From a virus (Duplodnaviria; Caudoviricetes), in the IMG/VR virus record IMGVR_UViG_3300044551_000092, positions 96,001-160,000 of that record: a stretch of 64,000 bases of DNA; one strand, 5' to 3'. Position numbers and translations under genes: made by a program. Positions 58,228-64,000 of the stretch are shown in pieces. The notes under the pieces are model-generated. The model was not told the origin of the DNA and made no database searches. It worked only from the letters and a program-made list of their open reading frames with translations. Position 1 is the stretch's first letter, and each line of letters begins with the position of its first letter.

Positions 58228-58259
58228 ACGAAATATTTAGAATTAAAGAGTAAATGGCA

Positions 58260-58287
58260 TTGATTATCTAATTTTCTGTGTTACAAT
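58260..58287 (+). promoter_or_regulatory. SigmaA-like promoter for the replication module
   Basis: TTGATT, 16-nt spacer containing TGTG at the extended position, then TACAAT; in the AT-rich gap between holin and SSAP. Confidence 0.55.
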
Positions 58288-58337
58288 TAAGATACAAGAT
58301 AATTAGTGCTATTTTTCTACAAATTGGAGGAAAAATA

Positions 58338-59333
58338 ATGGGTGAAGAATATGTACCCTCACGCGAAGAAACTAAAATTATCCGCGAAAAATTAAAAGAC
58401 TGCAAGCAAGAATGGCTTGAAAGCAAGCAAGGCAAACGTGGGCAAGGAACGGTCAATTATATCGGCTGGAATACGGTCCGGCAAATCATTGACGCGGCGG
58501 TGGATGGACTCACTTATTGGGATTTCGGTATTATCGATCAATGGCGTCAGGAAATCAACGACGGTAAAACTGGAAATATGGTTGGTTGGGTTTATCAGGT
58601 AAAAGCCTACATTTATATTCCCGGACTCGGCCGTCGCGAACAATTCGGTAAAAAAATTGCCATCGGTGGCGTAAATAATCAAGATTCTGCATTTCAAGCA
58701 GCCGCGTCAAATGCACTATCTAAATGTGCTTCATTATTTGGCGTTGGTGAAAAAATCTATGCGAAAATTAAAATTGAAACTGAGGATAACAATTCATATG
58801 GAAATAGCAACTATACAGATCAACAGCAGGCTCCGTATAATCAACAGCAGTGGGGGCAGCCGCAAGAGAATTGGAATCAGCAACAACCTAATGATCCAAA
58901 TTGGAACAGTGTGTTTCATCAGGTAGATCAGCAAATGTCACAAGGGAATGTGCAAACGCCTTTTGATCCAACGCCCCAGGCTGTACCCAATCAGTTCCAG
59001 GCCATGCCACAGCCAACCGCTCAGCCACAGAATATGCCAAATTCCCAATATGGTGCGCCGGTTAATGCGGGAGGCGGGATGAACGCTTCAGCGGCTACTC
59101 AGCAGGCCACTACCAATCCACAAAATAATGTCTTGAATCCTTGGCAGGAAAAAGGCGTACAGAACGAATTATTGAGGTATCGAAAACAGAAAGAACGGCT
59201 AAAAGTCAATAATGATGATCAAATGATTCCTTACTTAAGAGATTACTTTAAATCAGAAAATGCATCACTGAACAATTTAACTCCAGATAATTTAAAGAGT
59301 TTCAATGACTATCTGGATAAAGTCTCAGCTTAA
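58338..59333 (+). CDS. Rad52/22-family single-strand annealing protein (Sak-like) with Q/N/P-rich linker
   Basis: YIGWNTVRQIID...WDF...RREQFG...AFQAAASNALSKCASLFGVGEKIY. Start moved to ATG 58338 (SD GGAGG; track start 58278 overlaps the promoter). Confidence 0.8.
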   Translation: MGEEYVPSREETKIIREKLKDCKQEWLESKQGKRGQGTVNYIGWNTVRQIIDAAVDGLTYWDFGIIDQWRQEINDGKTGNMVGWVYQVKAYIYIPGLGRREQFGKKIAIGGVNNQDSAFQAAASNALSKCASLFGVGEKIYAKIKIETEDNNSYGNSNYTDQQQAPYNQQQWGQPQENWNQQQPNDPNWNSVFHQVDQQMSQGNVQTPFDPTPQAVPNQFQAMPQPTAQPQNMPNSQYGAPVNAGGGMNASAATQQATTNPQNNVLNPWQEKGVQNELLRYRKQKERLKVNNDDQMIPYLRDYFKSENASLNNLTPDNLKSFNDYLDKVSA

Positions 59334-59350
59334 AAGTAAAGAGGGATCTT

Positions 59351-60010
59351 TTGATGACGATCAAATGGCTTGCCCAGTATTTTGTCCACATGATCACAGA
59401 GAAAGCAGACCCTAGAGGACGACAGACCCAAGCGGCTGAAATAGCCATTGAAGAATTGCAGCAAAAAGGCTGGACAATAGAAGGGATTAAAGAACAACTT
59501 GATCGCTTTAAATCTGTTTACGCTGATGCCGCAAAAAATATTTATCATGTTCAGGAAATTATGAATCATATTCAACCGCCGCGTAATCTAATGATTCCAG
59601 GAGCGTTTTATTATCATCATATTTTAAGAAAGATGCCACCGGCACCGAAAATGATTTTCGATCCTGTGACCAAAACTTTCCACCAGAAAGTTGAGAAATA
59701 TTATCTTGAAATGAAACCTTACTTTTCAATGGATGAACTGCTTAGATACTGGTATCGAGGGCATCGGAAGCCGGACAAAGTCAATCAGGATATCTCTCGA
59801 TTCAATTATCTGCTCAAAATATATGATCTAGATGTCATTCTGTTTGCAATCGATATTGGGCGTCAGTACCGTAAGGAATGCGGGCGCGGCGAATTAACGA
59901 ACGTTTTTGAGATTGAACATTATATCGAGGCGGCAGAAAAAAGGATTAAAGAAAAACGCGCCCTTTCAAAGCTTCAGGGGGTCAATGAAATTGTTCGGAG
60001 AGAAGGATAA
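59351..60010 (+). CDS. Hypothetical replication-module protein
   Basis: Helical 219-aa ORF between SSAP and primase; no firm motif. Confidence 0.5.
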   Translation: MMTIKWLAQYFVHMITEKADPRGRQTQAAEIAIEELQQKGWTIEGIKEQLDRFKSVYADAAKNIYHVQEIMNHIQPPRNLMIPGAFYYHHILRKMPPAPKMIFDPVTKTFHQKVEKYYLEMKPYFSMDELLRYWYRGHRKPDKVNQDISRFNYLLKIYDLDVILFAIDIGRQYRKECGRGELTNVFEIEHYIEAAEKRIKEKRALSKLQGVNEIVRREG

Positions 60011-60012
60011 CG

Positions 60013-61119
60013 ATGCAAGTCTATGTTGAATGCGGGGCAGAATTTATGGGAAGAAACCATATTACTCGTTTTCGTCGTAAACAGTATATGCCTCCGGCCC
60101 AAGTCGATCTCTTCCGTATTCAATATAATAATCGTGATGTCTATCAAACGGTCATGAATTATCTCGACCCAATTTGGTTCCAGGATGAAAAAGGCCGGTG
60201 GCTGATAAATGCAGCGGATAGTCTTAAATATGGAAATTTCTATATGGATTTTGATACAGATTTTTCTGATCCACAGGCATTTAGCAAGATTCGTGAAGAC
60301 ATCGCGATCGCGTTACGTTATTTAAAGCTATTTCTAAATATCGATCCGCGCTCGATTTACTACTATTTCAGTGGTTTTAAAGGTTTTCATCTCATGGTCA
60401 ATGCTGAAATTATCGGTATTGAACCGCATTTGGCTCTGAATGAAATCTATAAAGATATTATCGAAGACATAGGTCAATACATTAAACACGATACGCTGGA
60501 TCGTGGCATTTATGATGATAAACGGATGTTTCGTCTAGTTAACAGTATCAATGGGAAAAGCGGTTTATATAAAATCCCATTGACCGCAGACGAATTTTTA
60601 AATTTCAGTTATGAAGAAATTAAAAATTTGGCTAAACAGCCACGAACCATTCATTACAAATCGCCCGTTTATCAACCACGGGCGAAATTACAGTTTCAAA
60701 AAATAGTTGATAATTGGACAAAACGAATCAATATAAGACAAAGCTATACTGGCAAGATACGTAAGTTAAAAGTGCTTCCTCCCTGTATTGCTCACATGCG
60801 GGAAAGAACATTTAGGCAAACAGTAGATCAACGCAATAACAGTGCTACGGCTCTCAGCAGTTTCTATTTTCAACAAGGTCTTGAGAGAGAAGATACTCTT
60901 GACCGCTTAATTCTGTGGAATGAACAATGCTGTTTGCCGCCCCTTAAAGAGCGAGAGATTAGAACCATCGTGCACAGTGTTTATAATGGTCAGTATCGCT
61001 ATGGCTGCGGGACGTTTAAAAAGGTTTCTGGCCTATGTGATAAAGACCACTGTCCTCTATTTCATAAAGAGTTAAACATAGAAAATCAAGCCGAGCAAAA
61101 GCAGAAGGCGGTCAGATGA
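60013..61119 (+). CDS. Archaeo-eukaryotic primase (AEP) with Cys-rich C-terminal domain
   Basis: Motif I FYMDFD, motif II FSGFKGFH, motif III LDRGIYD.KRMFRL.NS; C-terminal LPPC...RNN...WN...PPL..REI...YGC...C...C. Confidence 0.88.
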   Translation: MQVYVECGAEFMGRNHITRFRRKQYMPPAQVDLFRIQYNNRDVYQTVMNYLDPIWFQDEKGRWLINAADSLKYGNFYMDFDTDFSDPQAFSKIREDIAIALRYLKLFLNIDPRSIYYYFSGFKGFHLMVNAEIIGIEPHLALNEIYKDIIEDIGQYIKHDTLDRGIYDDKRMFRLVNSINGKSGLYKIPLTADEFLNFSYEEIKNLAKQPRTIHYKSPVYQPRAKLQFQKIVDNWTKRINIRQSYTGKIRKLKVLPPCIAHMRERTFRQTVDQRNNSATALSSFYFQQGLEREDTLDRLILWNEQCCLPPLKEREIRTIVHSVYNGQYRYGCGTFKKVSGLCDKDHCPLFHKELNIENQAEQKQKAVR

Positions 61120-62189
61120 TTTCTTTTGAAGATATGCTCAAACAAATGGATAAACAAATGGATCAGGAAGAAAAAGCTTTTTCTATTACACCTGAGAAAC
61201 GCCTAGAAGTTAAACATCCAGAACTTCTTGTTGACCACGAACTAACGGATATCGAACGAGAAATGATTCAGACGATACAGGAGTCCGACCAGTATGCTTG
61301 GAGCAAGGCCAAGTATGGGAGCTTTACAACCGGTTTTAATCTGTTTGATCAAGTTATTGAACACGACTTACAATCAGGACTTATTATTCTTGCGGCCGAT
61401 CCAAATGTTGGCAAGTCCGCCTTTATGCTGCAACTTTTAAAGCAGGTCTCTGAAAAAAATGAAGATTGTTTTTGCGAGTATTATTCGTTAGATGATAATA
61501 AAAAGAAGATGCTGCCCCGATATATTGCGAATGATCAATTAATCTCAATCAATGAGGCCAGCAACCCTTCGAAATATGCGAATAAAAAAGATCTTTTAGA
61601 TAAACGGAATGAAGGACTGAAACATCTTTATGAAAACATCGGCCGATTTTCATTAAGAGATGATACGGGGGATGGCTCATCGACGCTCGAAGCACTTGAG
61701 GACCGCATTAAAAAATTGATGATGAATTATCCAAATAAACGCATTATACTGGGAATAGACAGTTATTTTGACTTAACGACCCGAGCGAGCTTTAACAGCG
61801 ACAACCGGGAAGAAGAAGAAATGGCCAAGAAATTAAAAGGTTTAATTAAACAGTACGACATTACAATTTTCTGTACCGCACATTTAAGAAAAACGAATGG
61901 GAATCGGCCAAACATGGATGATTTAAAGGGTATGAAACGCCTGCAGTTTGAAGCAGACATTATTGGTATGCTGTACAACGAAGTCGGTATTCATGAAGAG
62001 GCCGCTGAGGTCTATTGGACCAGCGACGACGAAGAGTTAAAAATGCCAGTTCTTGAAATGAAAATTGTTAAAAATAAGATGGGCAGTTTTAAGGGGACCC
62101 ACTTTTATAATATGACGCCTAAGTATAGCCAGTTTGTCGAAGCGACGCCAGAGGCTTGCCGCCAGTATTCCGCACGTATTTATGGCTAA
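61116..62189 (+). CDS. DnaB-like (SF4) replicative helicase
   Basis: Walker A AADPNVGKS, YSLD, GIDS, TAHLRK...RPNMDDLKG...EAD, KIVKNK.G; ATGA overlap with primase. Confidence 0.9.
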   Translation: MISFEDMLKQMDKQMDQEEKAFSITPEKRLEVKHPELLVDHELTDIEREMIQTIQESDQYAWSKAKYGSFTTGFNLFDQVIEHDLQSGLIILAADPNVGKSAFMLQLLKQVSEKNEDCFCEYYSLDDNKKKMLPRYIANDQLISINEASNPSKYANKKDLLDKRNEGLKHLYENIGRFSLRDDTGDGSSTLEALEDRIKKLMMNYPNKRIILGIDSYFDLTTRASFNSDNREEEEMAKKLKGLIKQYDITIFCTAHLRKTNGNRPNMDDLKGMKRLQFEADIIGMLYNEVGIHEEAAEVYWTSDDEELKMPVLEMKIVKNKMGSFKGTHFYNMTPKYSQFVEATPEACRQYSARIYG

Positions 62190-62206
62190 AAAGGAGAGTG
62201 AACGCA

Positions 62207-62716
62207 ATGGCTAGTCCGACTGATTTATTGCGAAGTTATTTGCATGAATTTGAGAATATCTATATTCATTCGAAATTCAATATCGAAAATAAACTAAATC
62301 AGTTTCAAGAAAATCTAACAAACTTGAATCAGCAATTGATACAGGAAAATGATTTAATTCGTCAAGCAACCGGCAATCATGAGAACCAAGAAATTTTAGA
62401 TCAACTGAATGAAACGAAGGAACAAATGAGCGACAATTATCAAGCCATTCAGGAGATAATTGATCAGTTAAAATTAGATTTAACACATGATTTTCAACTA
62501 TTAAATTATCATACAAGAGAGCTATATAAGACTGACTTAGATATTGCCGGTTTTACCAAACATGAATTTGCGGGGAACTATAAAGCGATCATTGACGGCG
62601 ATTTAATTACAATCAAGAAAGATGGCCACGCCGAAACGCCAATCGCAACTGACCTTAAACGCTGGAAAGATAACAATCAATTCAACATGGTTGTCATTAA
62701 GAAAGATAAAAAATAA
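62207..62716 (+). CDS. Hypothetical coiled-coil protein
   Basis: Start ATG 62207 after SD AAGGAG (track start 62156). Confidence 0.55.
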   Translation: MASPTDLLRSYLHEFENIYIHSKFNIENKLNQFQENLTNLNQQLIQENDLIRQATGNHENQEILDQLNETKEQMSDNYQAIQEIIDQLKLDLTHDFQLLNYHTRELYKTDLDIAGFTKHEFAGNYKAIIDGDLITIKKDGHAETPIATDLKRWKDNNQFNMVVIKKDKK

Positions 62717-62739
62717 AACCAGAAGGGAGGCTAACTCCT

Positions 62740-63189
62740 TTGAAATTCTCGTATTATTTCAATCCCGAACGAACGGAACGGATCGATTTTAACTTTGAAC
62801 TGTCCAGTATCGACGACACGCAAGATACACAAACCATTGCAAACTATACCATAGGCATTGAAGAATATACTGATAATAAAATCGCCAACCATATATCTAA
62901 AGGTGGGACCTTCCATTTTTCTATAGTTGGTGTTCCAAACGAAGAATTTGAACATGATATCAACTTTGGCCGGATACGCTATGACAATAAATGGATCTTC
63001 GAAGCTGTTAATAACAAGAATAACAGTGAACAAGATCGAATTGGTCTGATTTGTAGCAAAGAAAATAACCCCTTGGGACTGGACATTACGAATACCAGTG
63101 AACTCTACGATGCTCAACTCAAAGCGAATACCTTCTCTCAACTTGAACAGGATTATGAACCACCAGAAGATTTATTTTCAGAAAAATAA
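62740..63189 (+). CDS. Hypothetical acidic protein
   Basis: TTG start after SD GGGAGG. Confidence 0.55.
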   Translation: MKFSYYFNPERTERIDFNFELSSIDDTQDTQTIANYTIGIEEYTDNKIANHISKGGTFHFSIVGVPNEEFEHDINFGRIRYDNKWIFEAVNNKNNSEQDRIGLICSKENNPLGLDITNTSELYDAQLKANTFSQLEQDYEPPEDLFSEK

Positions 63190-63208
63190 ATATAAGGAGA
63201 CAAATAAT

Positions 63209-63610
63209 ATGTTTATTGGACCCACTCTAACTCTGGAGCAACTCAATAAGTTCCTTAATAAACGCCTGCAAGATGAAGAACATCATATAGGCGAAGTTAG
63301 TAGACAAATTAATGATCTACGAAATGAAATGAAACACACGCAAAAAACAATATTGGACAATAATCGTACTGAAGTAAACCCCAATTATATTAGTCTACAA
63401 GAGAAATTCAACGCCAAACTTAAATTGCTTGATGAAAGCAATGACACGATTGAATTTCTTAATGATCGGATCGATCAATTGGAATCAATTGAAAAAGATC
63501 CCCTGCATAGCAAGGAAATGAAATATAAGAAAATAACCCTTTCAAGTAATGATTGTTTGATGCTTGGCGTACCGCAGGACTTCAATTTTGAAAAGGAAAC
63601 GATAAGCTGA
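63209..63610 (+). CDS. Hypothetical coiled-coil protein
   Basis: Start ATG 63209 after SD AAGGAG (track start 63098). Confidence 0.55.
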   Translation: MFIGPTLTLEQLNKFLNKRLQDEEHHIGEVSRQINDLRNEMKHTQKTILDNNRTEVNPNYISLQEKFNAKLKLLDESNDTIEFLNDRIDQLESIEKDPLHSKEMKYKKITLSSNDCLMLGVPQDFNFEKETIS

Positions 63611-63945
63611 TGCATGAACTGGAGCGTGAAGAGCTACGGGAAAATTATCTAAAAGAACGTATGACTGTGGTAAATAAGCAAATAGACCGTCAAACAATTC
63701 TAGGAAAAGAGAATATGAATAAATTACCACGGCATATGGTTAATTGTAACTGGTTTTCAGAATGTCCCATTGATTTTAAATGTCGGGCTTACAATCCAAC
63801 CTATATACGTTGTCAGAATTGTATCCTCGCAAAAAAAGATCTGATTTGCCGAAAAAAGCGACTGCACTGTGAACGTAATTTGAACCGGATGATCACCCGA
63901 CCATTTATTGATTTGGATAAAAAGGAAGACTCGTATGGACTTTAA
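63610..63945 (+). CDS. Small Cys-rich (putative metal-binding) protein
   Basis: CNWFSECPIDFKC...CQNC...C...HC; TGATG overlap; alternative start ATG 63715. Confidence 0.5.
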   Translation: MHELEREELRENYLKERMTVVNKQIDRQTILGKENMNKLPRHMVNCNWFSECPIDFKCRAYNPTYIRCQNCILAKKDLICRKKRLHCERNLNRMITRPFIDLDKKEDSYGL

Positions 63946-64000
63946 AACTTTTCAAACGAAACAGCTAAAGCAGGAACTAACAAGCCCGTGCTATTGCCGG
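63935..64000 (+). CDS. ORF start running off the window end (MDFKTFQTKQLKQELTSPCYCR...)
   Basis: ATG 63935 after SD AAGGA, overlapping the previous gene's end; open to the window edge. Confidence 0.35.
   Translation, partial: MDFKTFQTKQLKQELTSPCYCR

Larger units (their letters stand above)
1..64000 (+). mobile_element. Segment of a large myovirus-like phage/prophage genome (tail, baseplate, fibre, lysis and replication modules)
   Basis: All credible ORFs are on +, tightly packed, with Bacillota-type SD sites. Tube, chaperone, hub, gp25-like, J-like, holin, SSAP, primase and helicase genes occur in phage-like order. No host housekeeping genes or element boundaries are in the window. Confidence 0.93.

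Noticed and set aside
206-63730. All minus-strand ORFs and short nested alternate-frame ORFs in the track
   Set aside because: They are short, overlap long motif-bearing + strand genes, and show no recognisable motifs; treated as shadow ORFs.
1-64000. CRISPR arrays, tRNA/rRNA genes, IS elements, integrase/att sites, inteins, diversity-generating retroelement
   Set aside because: No spaced repeats, structured-RNA-sized gaps, or transposase, integrase, reverse transcriptase or intein motifs were noticed by eye; intergenic gaps are all short.

Overview
The whole window is one dense, + strand-only segment of a large tailed phage, prophage or phage-plasmid, most likely of a Bacillota host (AGGAGG/GAGGTG ribosome-binding sites, CwlT-like lysozyme, sigmaA-like promoter). 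Gene order: end of a tail-tube gene and a terminator; phoH; two more tube-fold paralogs; two tail-assembly-chaperone paralogs; three giant (>2000 aa) genes in the tape-measure/hub slot; contractile-type baseplate genes (spike-, gp25-, J- and I-like); about 32 kb of paralogous fibre/adhesin proteins (discoidin, LamG, FN3, TSP_C-like, vWA, Ig-like); a holin; and the start of a replication module (Rad52-like annealase, AEP primase, DnaB-like helicase). From memory the layout resembles Bacillus phage 0305phi8-36-type myoviruses, but I could not verify this by search. No capsid, terminase, sheath, integrase, tRNA or CRISPR is visible. Headline finding: the 2316-aa protein at 9570-16520 carries, in collinear order, the conserved motifs of both the beta and beta' subunits of two-barrel RNA polymerase, including R-x-P-x-x-H and the catalytic DxDGD (GADSDGD). 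It also has an N-terminal DEDDh exonuclease and a C-terminal hydrophobic segment. It is therefore a candidate single-chain virion RNA polymerase encoded in the tail module and possibly injected together with two giant membrane- and wall-active neighbours. Second finding: a two-FN3 protein whose strand order suggests donor-strand-complemented fibre polymerisation. All protein calls come from motif recognition by eye; no searches were run.
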